From: Halobacteroidaceae bacterium
GTDB taxonomy: Bacteria; Bacillota; Halanaerobiia; B1SED10-174
Direction of reading: 5' to 3'
Assembly (NCBI GenBank): GCA_003551665.1
Contig: PUNE01000022.1
Span: 4,598 to 68,597 of the forward strand
Length of the DNA stretch: 64,000 nt
The notes beneath the pieces were generated by a model. It ran no database searches. It was not told the DNA's origin and saw nothing but the letters and a program-made list of their open reading frames with translations. Shown here one piece after another: positions 45,508-54,319 of this stretch. Position numbers and translations under genes: made by a program. Position 1 is the first letter of the stretch. Each line of letters starts with the position of its first letter.

Positions 45508-46725
45508 TTACTGGAGGCGGGTAAATTTCCGTTTACCCACCCTGATAATCATTCCCTTCTTTGGTTTTACAACCAGGTTGGGGTCCTGGGCTCGTTCTCC
45601 ATCAATATATACTCCTCCCTGTTTGGTAAGTCGCCTTCCTTCACTATTACTGGAAACCATTTCTAATCTGGAAAGGAGTTGCACCAGGTTGATTTTGCCC
45701 TCTTCATCGAGCCATTCATTTTCAATTGGTTTCTCCGGGATATCTTCGGGGAGGCTGCCCCGGGAAAAAACCCTTGTAAATTCCTGCTCTGCCTCCTGGG
45801 CCGCCCCTCGATCATGATAAATTTCCACAAGTCGCCGGGCAAGGAATTTCTTGGCCTCCAGGGGATTCAATTTATTGTTTTTCAATTCACTAATCACTCT
45901 ATCCAGTTCCTCACCACTAAGGTCAGTGGTAAGGGTTATATAGCTTTCCAATAAATCATCTGAGATGGACATGGTTTTGCCATAAATTTCTCTGGGGGAT
46001 TCATTAATACCAATATAGTTATTCAGGGATTTGCTCATTTTCTGAACCCCGTCAGTTCCTTCCAGGAGGGGTGTCATGACCAAGGCCTGGGGAGTCTGTC
46101 CGTACTCTTTTTGCAACTGCCTCCCAACCAGAAGGTTAAATTTCTGATCCGTTCCTCCCAATTCCACATCAGCTTTTATAGCAATGGAATCATAACCCTG
46201 CAAAAGAGGATAGAAGAATTCAAGAATGGAAATGGGCTTCCCTTCCCGATATCTTTTTTCAAAATCATCCCGCTCCAGCATTCTGGCAACAGTATATTTA
46301 GAGGCCAGGGTTAAAAAATCCTCAGGAGCCCACTTGGAAAACCATTCGCTGTTAAAAACAAGGTGAGTCTTCTCTGGGTCAAGAATTTTTCCAAATTGTT
46401 CCTGGTAGGTTCGAGCGTTTTCCATTACCTCTTCTGAGGTCAATTGTTTTCTCGTTTCGGACTTCTGGGAGGGATCCCCGATGCGCCCAGTAAAATCACC
46501 GATTATTAGATATGCTTCATGTCCCAGGTCCTGAAATTCCCTCATTTTTTTCAGTGCAACGGTATGCCCCAGGTGAATATCTGGTGCCGTTGGGTCCAAC
46601 CCGAGTTTTACCCGGAGGGGCAAGCCACCGTTATCGGCCTTTTTCAATTTTTCAATCAGGTCTTCTTCTCCAATTATTTCATGTGTTCCCTGTTTAATAA
46701 TTTTTAAACTATCCTGCCAGGACAA
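45508..46725 (-). CDS. tyrS: tyrosine--tRNA ligase
   Basis: HIGH motif as DIHLGH, plus KMSKS, and a C-terminal S4 domain ([12 protein letters not shown]). TTG 46725, 5 nt behind GGGAGGTGG, fits the family N-terminus ([17 protein letters not shown]); the track GTG start is 46758. Confidence 0.9.
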   Translation of the reverse strand: MSWQDSLKIIKQGTHEIIGEEDLIEKLKKADNGGLPLRVKLGLDPTAPDIHLGHTVALKKMREFQDLGHEAYLIIGDFTGRIGDPSQKSETRKQLTSEEVMENARTYQEQFGKILDPEKTHLVFNSEWFSKWAPEDFLTLASKYTVARMLERDDFEKRYREGKPISILEFFYPLLQGYDSIAIKADVELGGTDQKFNLLVGRQLQKEYGQTPQALVMTPLLEGTDGVQKMSKSLNNYIGINESPREIYGKTMSISDDLLESYITLTTDLSGEELDRVISELKNNKLNPLEAKKFLARRLVEIYHDRGAAQEAEQEFTRVFSRGSLPEDIPEKPIENEWLDEEGKINLVQLLSRLEMVSSNSEGRRLTKQGGVYIDGERAQDPNLVVKPKKGMIIRVGKRKFTRLQ

Positions 46726-46864
46726 GCCAGCCACCTCCCAAATAATAAACTCCGCCACTTTGACGGAGATGTGGCATCTTTAATATTGTGTATATTTTAC
46801 CACAGGTAGAATCGGGGAACAAGTTGAAATTTTTATCTACCTCTCTGAATTTAAATATGTTATA

Positions 46865-49309
46865 ATGACGGTGTGGAAGGGGGTTAGATCAGTGGCATCT
46901 AGAAAAAAATCCCAGCCAATAAAAAAAGTGGGAACCGGGAAGGGCCTTTTTATTGCAGTAGTTTTATTAATTTCCCTTGGTTTTGGCATAACTATTGGGG
47001 CAGGGGCTTATATTATCAGCGATACTCCTAATGTTTCTGCCTATGGCGACTGGCAATCAACCGAAACAACCCGTATTTATAACGTAGAAGGGGAATTAAT
47101 TCATCGCCTTTTTCGGGAAAACCGGGAGTATGTTACTCTCGACCAGATTCCCCTGGAACTCCAGCAGGCAGTTCTGGCCATGGAGGATACCCGTTTTTTC
47201 CAGCATCCCGGAATTGACTTAAGGGGCTGGATGCGCACAATCTGGGTAGATATTCGCGAAGGCGGCTTTGCCCAGGGAGCAAGTACAATTACCATGCAGC
47301 TTGCTCGAAATGTTTATCTTACACAGGACAAACTAATCTACAGGAAAATTCAGGAGATGTTCCTGGCTCTTCAATTTGAAAGGATCTATACCAAGGAAGA
47401 AATCCTGGAGTTTTACTTAAACGAAATTTTCTGGGGCCACTCTGCCTACGGTGTTCAAACTGCATCCCATCAATATTTTGGCAAGGATGTCTGGGATCTC
47501 AATCTATCAGAGATTGCAATTCTGGTTGGAATCATCCAGGCACCCAACAGGCATTCTCCCTATTTTAATCTTGACCAGGCCAAGTTCCGCCAGCAGGTAA
47601 CATTAAACCGAATGCTGGACCTGGGTTTAATTTCTGAAGAAGAAGCCCGAGAAGCAGCAGAAGAGCCAATTGAACTTGCCGGTCTGGGAAGCGCCCAGGA
47701 AGAATTCGCCCCTTACTTCATGCGTTATGTCAGGGATGAACTATTAAAAATGTTTGGGCCTCAGGTTGTCTACGGAGGCGGCCTCCGGGTTTACACCACC
47801 CTCGATAACAGGATCCAGAAAACTGCCGAAGAAACGGTAAAAGAAATGCTCGAGGATGAAACCATACCTACCCTTCAAAGAGAAAACCTCCCCGGAGATC
47901 CAAACCAGCCACAACTGGCCATAATTTCTATTGATCCACATACAGGCCATATTAAGGCCATGGTAGGAGGCCGGGGTGATGACCAGTGGAACAGGGCAAC
48001 CCAGAGCCGAAGGCAGGCCGGATCAGCCTTCAAGCCCATAATATATGCAGCTGCCATCAAAGAAGGAATGAGTCCCGGGTCGGTAGTTCTTGATTATCCA
48101 ACTATAGAGTTTTCTGGCCATACGGTGTCTTCGCCAGACGATCAACCAAAACCCTGGCCCCGCAACTTCAATGACGTTTACCGGGGTTGGGTTACTCTAC
48201 GTTCAGCAATGAACCACTCAATTAATGTTGCTGCAGTAAAAACCCTGGCTGAAATCGGCGTAAGCAGCACTCTGAGAACAGCTCAGGATCTGGGGATTAC
48301 AAGCCTGGTTCCTGAAGACCGCAACCTTGCCCTGGCCCTGGGAGGTTTAACAAGGGGAATTACTCCCCTGGAAATGGCCCAGGCCTTTGGAGTCTTTGCC
48401 AATCGAGGAATCAGGACTGAACCCGTTGCAATTCTAAGGGTTGAAGATAACCGAGGCAATGTCCTTTATGAAGCCAACCCCAAAAAAGAAATTGCCCTTA
48501 GTGAGGGCACTTCGTACATCATCACCGATATGCTCCAAACTGTAATCAAAGATGGCACCGGGTGGCGAGCTGACCTGGGGCGTCCCACTGCAGGAAAAAC
48601 TGGCACCACCAACGATTACACCGACGCCTGGTTCGTTGGCTATACCCCGGACCTGGTTACGGCGGTCTGGGTCGGCGAAGACTCTCCCCGACCGATGAAA
48701 TATTTCCCCCAGAGAGATAGTTCCGGTAATATAGTAATCAACCCCAATACTGGGGAGCCCAATTACGAAGTTACCTTGAGCAGCTGGATTGCAGCAGAAC
48801 TCTGGGGCCGTTACATGCGTGCTGCAGTTGAACCAATGCCTGTAACTGATTTCCCACCCCGGCCCCGGAATGTAGTTGAAGTTTCCATTGATCCTTTTAC
48901 CGGAAAACTCCCTGGTAGTTACGCTCCCAATGAGGTTACCGAACTTTTTATCAGAGGAACCGAACCTGAAGACCGGGAAACTTTCCACGGTCCTGTAGAA
49001 AGAGTAGACATTGATGTTGAAACAGGCCTTCTGGCAACTCCCAACTGCCCCAGTGATAAAGTCCAGACACGTACCTATCAGAGGGATACAGGCATCCGGA
49101 TTGATAGCGATGGGCTTCCCATCCACAGGTTCGATCCAAGTACCGGTGTTCCCCTGACTGACGAAGAAGGCAACTACATTTTTGAAAAGAAACCGACCCA
49201 ATCCTGTTTCGTCCACGGCACAACCCGCGAGGAAGAAGAAACACCACCTGAGGATGACACAATCGACCGCCTTTGGGACAGAATCTGGGATCGTTCAAAT
49301 GATGACTGA
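46865..49309 (+). CDS. class A penicillin-binding protein (PBP1A-type transglycosylase/transpeptidase)
   Basis: GT51 motifs EDTRFFQHPGID and GASTITMQLARN; transpeptidase motifs SAFKP, HSIN and KTGTT; N-terminal TM. The real start may be GTG 46892 (behind GGAAGGGGG), since ATG 46865 overlaps a TATAAT box. Confidence 0.9.
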   Translation: MTVWKGVRSVASRKKSQPIKKVGTGKGLFIAVVLLISLGFGITIGAGAYIISDTPNVSAYGDWQSTETTRIYNVEGELIHRLFRENREYVTLDQIPLELQQAVLAMEDTRFFQHPGIDLRGWMRTIWVDIREGGFAQGASTITMQLARNVYLTQDKLIYRKIQEMFLALQFERIYTKEEILEFYLNEIFWGHSAYGVQTASHQYFGKDVWDLNLSEIAILVGIIQAPNRHSPYFNLDQAKFRQQVTLNRMLDLGLISEEEAREAAEEPIELAGLGSAQEEFAPYFMRYVRDELLKMFGPQVVYGGGLRVYTTLDNRIQKTAEETVKEMLEDETIPTLQRENLPGDPNQPQLAIISIDPHTGHIKAMVGGRGDDQWNRATQSRRQAGSAFKPIIYAAAIKEGMSPGSVVLDYPTIEFSGHTVSSPDDQPKPWPRNFNDVYRGWVTLRSAMNHSINVAAVKTLAEIGVSSTLRTAQDLGITSLVPEDRNLALALGGLTRGITPLEMAQAFGVFANRGIRTEPVAILRVEDNRGNVLYEANPKKEIALSEGTSYIITDMLQTVIKDGTGWRADLGRPTAGKTGTTNDYTDAWFVGYTPDLVTAVWVGEDSPRPMKYFPQRDSSGNIVINPNTGEPNYEVTLSSWIAAELWGRYMRAAVEPMPVTDFPPRPRNVVEVSIDPFTGKLPGSYAPNEVTELFIRGTEPEDRETFHGPVERVDIDVETGLLATPNCPSDKVQTRTYQRDTGIRIDSDGLPIHRFDPSTGVPLTDEEGNYIFEKKPTQSCFVHGTTREEEETPPEDDTIDRLWDRIWDRSNDD

Positions 49310-49316
49310 AAACAAG

Positions 49317-49351
49317 AACCTGCAGTTCAAACTGAACTGCAGGTTTTTTTA
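49317..49351. terminator. bidirectional terminator between the PBP gene and mutS2
   Basis: 13-bp stem AACCTGCAGTTCA-aac-TGAACTGCAGGTT followed by TTTTTTT on the plus strand. Confidence 0.8.
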
Positions 49352-51706
49352 TTGCCTTAATTCAACTATTGTTACGCCGTCTCCTCCCTCGCCTTCCCCC
49401 CCGAGGCGGAAGTTTTCCACATGGTGGTGCCCCTCCAGGAGTTCATGAATCCCTTTGCGGAGAGCTCCCGTTCCTTTTCCATGGATTATTTCAACCCTCT
49501 TTAACCCAGCAAGGTAGGCATCATCAAGGTACTTGTCCGTCTCCTCTCTTCCTTCTTCCCAGCGCATTCCCCTGAGATCAAGGCTTTGTTTTATGATCTG
49601 CGCCTTTGATTTCTTATATCGCTGAGAGGTTTGGGGGGAGGATGTTCCTTCCTCTTTCACCGGAATCAGATCCCTTTTGTCGACCCAGATTTGCATAACC
49701 CCCGCCTGGACATTTACCTGATCATCTTTTTCGCTCAATACTACACCTTCCTGGTTCAGAGAAACAATTTTAACCTTCTGCCCTGGTTTTACCGCCAGGG
49801 GTTCTCTTTCAACCCTGTCTTCATCATCTGCTTTTGTCAGATCCCTGATTCTTTTTTCCTGAGCCTTTAAAGCCAGATTAAATTCGTTGGCCATCCTGTC
49901 TCCTGCAGGTCCTGCGTATTTTCTAATCTCCTTTAATAGCTTGCTTCCTTCTTCCCGTATCTCCTCGATTATTTCCTGGGCCTGCCTGGAAAAATCCCTG
50001 ACCATCTGTTCCTGTCTTGCAGCAAGTTCTTCTCTTTCCTTTCTTGCCTGGGTCAGTTCCTCTTCCAACTTTTCCTTCTCCCTCTGCAGGGCTTCCTTCC
50101 TTTCCAGAACAGCATACTCTTCTTTTTCTATGCGGCTGATCATGCCATCAACATTGGATCGATGTTCCCCAATAAAGGTTTTGGCCTGCTCTATGATTTC
50201 TCCTGAAAGCCCCAGCCGAGAAGCTATGGCCAGGGCATTACTTCTGCCCGGAACCCCAATCATGAGTCGATAGGTTGGGGAGAGAGTTTCAACATCAAAT
50301 TCCACTGCTGCATTTTCAATTCCCTCATGGGTATAGGCAAAAGCCTTGAGTTCGGTATAGTGAGTTGTTGCAACCGTCAGCATACCTTTATTGTGCAAAT
50401 GTTGTAGCAGGGCCATTGCTAAAGCAGCCCCTTCCTCTGGATCAGTTCCCGCTCCTACTTCATCCAGAAGAACCAGGTCTCCCGGACAAGCATTCTTTAA
50501 AAGCCTCACAATCTGGGTAAGATGAGAAGAAAAAGTACTCAGACTCTGTTCTATACTCTGCTCATCCCCGATATCAGCAAAAATGCCCGAAAAAATTCCA
50601 ATTTCGCTTCCCCTGTCTACGGGAATTAATAGCCCGGCCTGGGCCATCAGGCACAAAAGGCCCACTGTTTTTAAGGTTACGGTTTTCCCCCCGGTGTTGG
50701 GTCCGGTTATGACCAGGGTATTAAAATCCTCCCCCAGGGAAACATCAATGGGAACAACTTCATCTGCAGGAAGTAGGGGATGGCGGGCCCCCTTGATTTT
50801 AATAGGTCCATTCTCATTTAATTCTGGTTCCGAGCAATTATATTCCTGTCCAAGTTGGGCCTTGGCCATAACAAAATCCAGGTGAGCTGCAGCCTCTAGA
50901 CCCTGCAAAAGCTCAGTTTCTTTAGCTGCAACCCTGCCGGTTATTTCTTTTAAAATCCTGTATATTTCTGCTTCTTCTTCTCTTTCCAGACTCCCCAGCT
51001 TGTTGTTCATTTCTACAACAGCCTGTGGTTCAACAAAAACCGTCTGGCCGCTTGCCGAACGATCATGGATAATTCCTGGCAGGGAGCTTTTTTTATCCGC
51101 TTTTACGGGCAGGACAAACCTGTCTCCCCTGATAGTAACAACGGGATCCTGGATTACCTTATCCAGTTTGGGACTGTGCAGGTAGGAATCCATTTTTTCT
51201 CTTATTCTCTGGGCAAGAACTTTTTTTTCTCTGCGGATGGAATTCAGTTTTGGAGATGCGTCATCCCTGATTTCTCCATAGTTATTTACAATTCCATTTA
51301 TCCTTTTCTCCAGTTCCGAAAAATCTCCAATCTCCTGCTCGTATTTTTCCAGTTCCGGAAACTCCCAGCCCTCTTCTTTATACTTGGCAAAATATTTTTT
51401 GATCTGGGTAAACCCGTAAAGGGTCTGGACCAGGCTCACAATACTTTCCAGATCGAGAACCTGGCCTTTCCCAGACCTTTTAATCGCCCGACGAATATCT
51501 TTAATTCCTCCAAAAGGAATTGGCCCATTAAGCATCAATAGCTCAAGGCCCTGGGAGGATTCCCTTATTTCCTGAGTCACCAGATTAATATCGGGAGAAG
51601 GTTCAAGATTCTGAGCTTTTTCTGCTCCCAGTTCGGTAGCAGCTTTCTCCCGCAGTTTGGTTATTATTTTCCCAAACTCCAGTTTTTCCAGAGTATGCTT
51701 TTCCAT
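49349..51706 (-). CDS. mutS2: endonuclease MutS2
   Basis: 785 aa. Walker A GPNTGGKTV, MutS domain V, coiled coil, and a C-terminal Smr domain (LDLRGMRWEEG...IIHGKGTGALR). Confidence 0.9.
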   Translation of the reverse strand: MEKHTLEKLEFGKIITKLREKAATELGAEKAQNLEPSPDINLVTQEIRESSQGLELLMLNGPIPFGGIKDIRRAIKRSGKGQVLDLESIVSLVQTLYGFTQIKKYFAKYKEEGWEFPELEKYEQEIGDFSELEKRINGIVNNYGEIRDDASPKLNSIRREKKVLAQRIREKMDSYLHSPKLDKVIQDPVVTIRGDRFVLPVKADKKSSLPGIIHDRSASGQTVFVEPQAVVEMNNKLGSLEREEEAEIYRILKEITGRVAAKETELLQGLEAAAHLDFVMAKAQLGQEYNCSEPELNENGPIKIKGARHPLLPADEVVPIDVSLGEDFNTLVITGPNTGGKTVTLKTVGLLCLMAQAGLLIPVDRGSEIGIFSGIFADIGDEQSIEQSLSTFSSHLTQIVRLLKNACPGDLVLLDEVGAGTDPEEGAALAMALLQHLHNKGMLTVATTHYTELKAFAYTHEGIENAAVEFDVETLSPTYRLMIGVPGRSNALAIASRLGLSGEIIEQAKTFIGEHRSNVDGMISRIEKEEYAVLERKEALQREKEKLEEELTQARKEREELAARQEQMVRDFSRQAQEIIEEIREEGSKLLKEIRKYAGPAGDRMANEFNLALKAQEKRIRDLTKADDEDRVEREPLAVKPGQKVKIVSLNQEGVVLSEKDDQVNVQAGVMQIWVDKRDLIPVKEEGTSSPQTSQRYKKSKAQIIKQSLDLRGMRWEEGREETDKYLDDAYLAGLKRVEIIHGKGTGALRKGIHELLEGHHHVENFRLGGEGEGGDGVTIVELRQ

Positions 51707-53415
51707 TAATTTTCACCACCTAGGGGGGATGTTTTCACCCCGGGTAAATCTTCTATTGCTCTTGTGTTTATTATTTTTTCGGGGGATAAGCCCGCTCTTT
51801 GAGCCTCAACTACTGCATAGGTCATATATTCCATGTTCAGATCGTTGTGGGCATCACTACCCAGGCAGAATTCCAGATCATATTCCAGGGCCACCTGGAT
51901 TAAATCTTCTCCTAGATCCCTCCGGTCTGGAGCTCCATTAATTTCCATTGCCGTCTGGTATTCCGCAGCCCACCGGAATAATTCTCGGGTATTAATTGAA
52001 ATGCCTCTTCGGGAAGGGAAAAGGCGACAGGTCGGGTGCCCCAGAACCCGGACAGCAGGGTGAGATATTGCCCGGATCAATCGCCGGGTCATCTCTTTTT
52101 CTGGTAACTTGAACCCCCGGTGAAGGGAAGCAACGACCCAGTCCATTCTATCCAGAAATCGCTCGGGAACATCCAGAGATCCATCCATTTCAATATCGGC
52201 TTCAATTCCCTTTAAAATATATTTTTCCCCAATTTGCTCGTTTAACCGGTCAATATATTCCATCTGTTCCTGCATGGCGGCAAGGCTCATGCCTCCCGCA
52301 AACTCAAGACCAACTGAATGATCTGTAATTGCCAGGTACTCATAACCCAGACTTCGTCCTTTTTCAACCATTTCTTCAATTGTTGAGCCTCCATCACTCC
52401 AGCGGGTATGCAGATGAAGGTCCCCTTTAATATCACCGGGCTCAACAATTCTCCCCGGCAGGGAAATTTTTTCACCCTTCCCGGGAATACGGTGGCGGAT
52501 TTCAGGTCGGGGATATTCCAACTCCAATAAACTGTACAGTTCTTTTTCTTCGAAAATTGGTATTTTCTCCTTCTCAGAAAAAAGACCCTCTTCCTTTAAA
52601 ACAAGCCCCTTTTTAACAGCTATATCCCGCAGAAAATTCCAGTGTTGAGAAGGACCGGTACTTTTCACCAACGCAGGAACAAAGTTTTCCGGGGAAACCA
52701 AACAAACCTTAGCGGTAATCCCCCCCGGAAGAGTTAGCTCAAAGGATTCTTTCCCCGAAGATGAAAAACTTTTTATACGGGGTAATAAACCAATTTCTTC
52801 CTTCACTCGATCAGGTTCAAGGGTCCCAAGGAGAACGTCTATTTTGTCAACCAGGCTCTCTCCTCGCCTCAAATCACCTGTTATCTCAACTCTTTCAACC
52901 GAGGGCATTGTTTCAATCCGGTTTTGGAAGCTTTTTGCTTCCGCTTCTGCCAAAGATAAAAGGAAGGGGCCTCCTTCCCGGTTTTTCTGAAGATAATCTT
53001 TTATATCTTTTTCAGCTTTAGCCCCAATTCCAGGGATATTTCTTAATTCTTTCTTCTTAATTGCGTCTTTTAGCTGCCCCCTGCTCTTAATTCCCCCAAA
53101 ACGGAAAATCCTGATTGCAGTTTTTAAATCAACTCCCGGGAATTCCCGGAGTTCCAAAACCGCTTCTGGAGTTTTTTTCTGCAGTTCTTCCAGGAGCGGT
53201 GTACTTCCCTTTTTAAAAAAAATTAGAACCTCCTCAGCGATTTTTTCCCCAATTCCCGGAATGGATTTTAAATCAACCTGTTCCAGGGGTTGAGGTAAGG
53301 AGGCCAGTTTCCGGGCTGCTCTGCGGAAAGCCCTCGCTTTATGAGGGTTAGCACCCTGTAACTCCAGGAGGTCAGCTATTTCCTCCAGGTGCCACCCCAC
53401 TTTCTGGTTTTTCAT
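51706..53415 (-). CDS. polX: family X DNA polymerase with PHP domain
   Basis: 569 aa. N-terminal HhH/Pol-beta-like part (IPGIGEKIAEE, IPGIGAKAEKDI) and a C-terminal PHP domain (GDLHLHTRWSDG, ITDHS). Confidence 0.9.
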   Translation of the reverse strand: MKNQKVGWHLEEIADLLELQGANPHKARAFRRAARKLASLPQPLEQVDLKSIPGIGEKIAEEVLIFFKKGSTPLLEELQKKTPEAVLELREFPGVDLKTAIRIFRFGGIKSRGQLKDAIKKKELRNIPGIGAKAEKDIKDYLQKNREGGPFLLSLAEAEAKSFQNRIETMPSVERVEITGDLRRGESLVDKIDVLLGTLEPDRVKEEIGLLPRIKSFSSSGKESFELTLPGGITAKVCLVSPENFVPALVKSTGPSQHWNFLRDIAVKKGLVLKEEGLFSEKEKIPIFEEKELYSLLELEYPRPEIRHRIPGKGEKISLPGRIVEPGDIKGDLHLHTRWSDGGSTIEEMVEKGRSLGYEYLAITDHSVGLEFAGGMSLAAMQEQMEYIDRLNEQIGEKYILKGIEADIEMDGSLDVPERFLDRMDWVVASLHRGFKLPEKEMTRRLIRAISHPAVRVLGHPTCRLFPSRRGISINTRELFRWAAEYQTAMEINGAPDRRDLGEDLIQVALEYDLEFCLGSDAHNDLNMEYMTYAVVEAQRAGLSPEKIINTRAIEDLPGVKTSPLGGEN

Positions 53416-53427
53416 TTCACGTTCCTC

Positions 53428-53934
53428 CTAAAAATACTGGTCATTATTTTCCAAAAATCGATCAATATTTTCCTGGACAAATGGGGTTAATTCCAGAAAA
53501 TCTCTGGCAAGCCTTGATGCTTCAAGATGTTCATTTAAAACCTCGTAAGGAACCCTGGAAAGAACGAGCAGTAACAGATAAATAACAATTCCACCTTTTA
53601 CCAGACCCAGGCCTGCTCCACCAATGCTGTCCAGCACGGCTAAAAAAAGAAATTTTGTTAATTTCTGAAGAACGAACCCCAAAAGATTAATAAGAGCACT
53701 TATTACCATGGTAATGAGGACAAAAGCAACTATGTTCCCCAGAACCTGGGGAAGAAGAAACGTTTCCTGTAGGAATCCACTTACAACCTGGTACCTGTAC
53801 AGGGCAACCAGAACTCCCAGCCCTATTCCAACCAGAGCAGCAGTCTGTTGTAGAAAACCTTTCTGATACCCGCGTACAAGGGAAAGAAGGAGGATGGCCA
53901 CAATTCCAATGTCAACCCAGAAACCTTCGGCCAC
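53428..53934 (-). CDS. cvpA: CvpA-family membrane protein
   Basis: 168 aa, 4 TM. WVDIGIVAILLLSLVRGYQKGF is a CvpA-type N-terminus. Sits in the conserved zapA-cvpA-polX-mutS2 order. Confidence 0.8.
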   Translation of the reverse strand: MAEGFWVDIGIVAILLLSLVRGYQKGFLQQTAALVGIGLGVLVALYRYQVVSGFLQETFLLPQVLGNIVAFVLITMVISALINLLGFVLQKLTKFLFLAVLDSIGGAGLGLVKGGIVIYLLLLVLSRVPYEVLNEHLEASRLARDFLELTPFVQENIDRFLENNDQYF

Positions 53935-53939
53935 TTAAA

Positions 53940-54206
53940 TCACTCCTCCCGGGCAAAAAAGTCAAGTAGTTCCTCATTTTCCTTTTTTAAACGCACAAAC
54001 TCATTCCCCAGCTCCATAAGGGCAAGAATAAGTAAGCGACTTTTTCCTAAGTGGGGGTATCTTTCTTTTACCTCCCACAGGTGGGAATCTACCAGGTGGG
54101 CAGTTTCTTTTATTTGTTCCGGGCTCTCCCCTTTAAAAGAATAGGTTTCTCCCAAAAGATCTACCTTCACCTGTTCCTTTTTATTCCCAACTTTTTTTGG
54201 AGCCAT
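53940..54206 (-). CDS. zapA: cell division protein ZapA
   Basis: 88 aa: VDLLGETYSFKGESPEQIKETAHLVD...LILALMELGNEF, ZapA-like. Positioned after pheT as in B. subtilis. Confidence 0.8.
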   Translation of the reverse strand: MAPKKVGNKKEQVKVDLLGETYSFKGESPEQIKETAHLVDSHLWEVKERYPHLGKSRLLILALMELGNEFVRLKKENEELLDFFAREE

Positions 54207-54319
54207 CTAAGCATCACCTTCTCATATGCCCGTTTCTTTATCTATCTTTCTAATTTCATCCCATAAATTCCTTCTTTTTCGTAGAATACCCTCCCCTTTT
54301 TTGGGGGGAGGGTATGGCT

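Noticed and set aside
48434-49216. 260-aa antisense ORF inside the PBP1A gene, and similar long antisense ORFs at 14132-14884, 17982-18587, 41244-41843 and 59676-60314
   Set aside because: Each is opposite a gene with clear family motifs, lacks an SD and has skewed composition (S/P/F/L-rich), as expected for antisense frames of AT-rich coding DNA.
54286-54315. Perfect 11-bp hairpin ATACCCTCCCC/GGGGAGGGTAT after pheT as an intrinsic terminator
   Set aside because: There is no U-tract after it on the minus strand. It may still pause or terminate transcription, but I cannot call it a canonical terminator.
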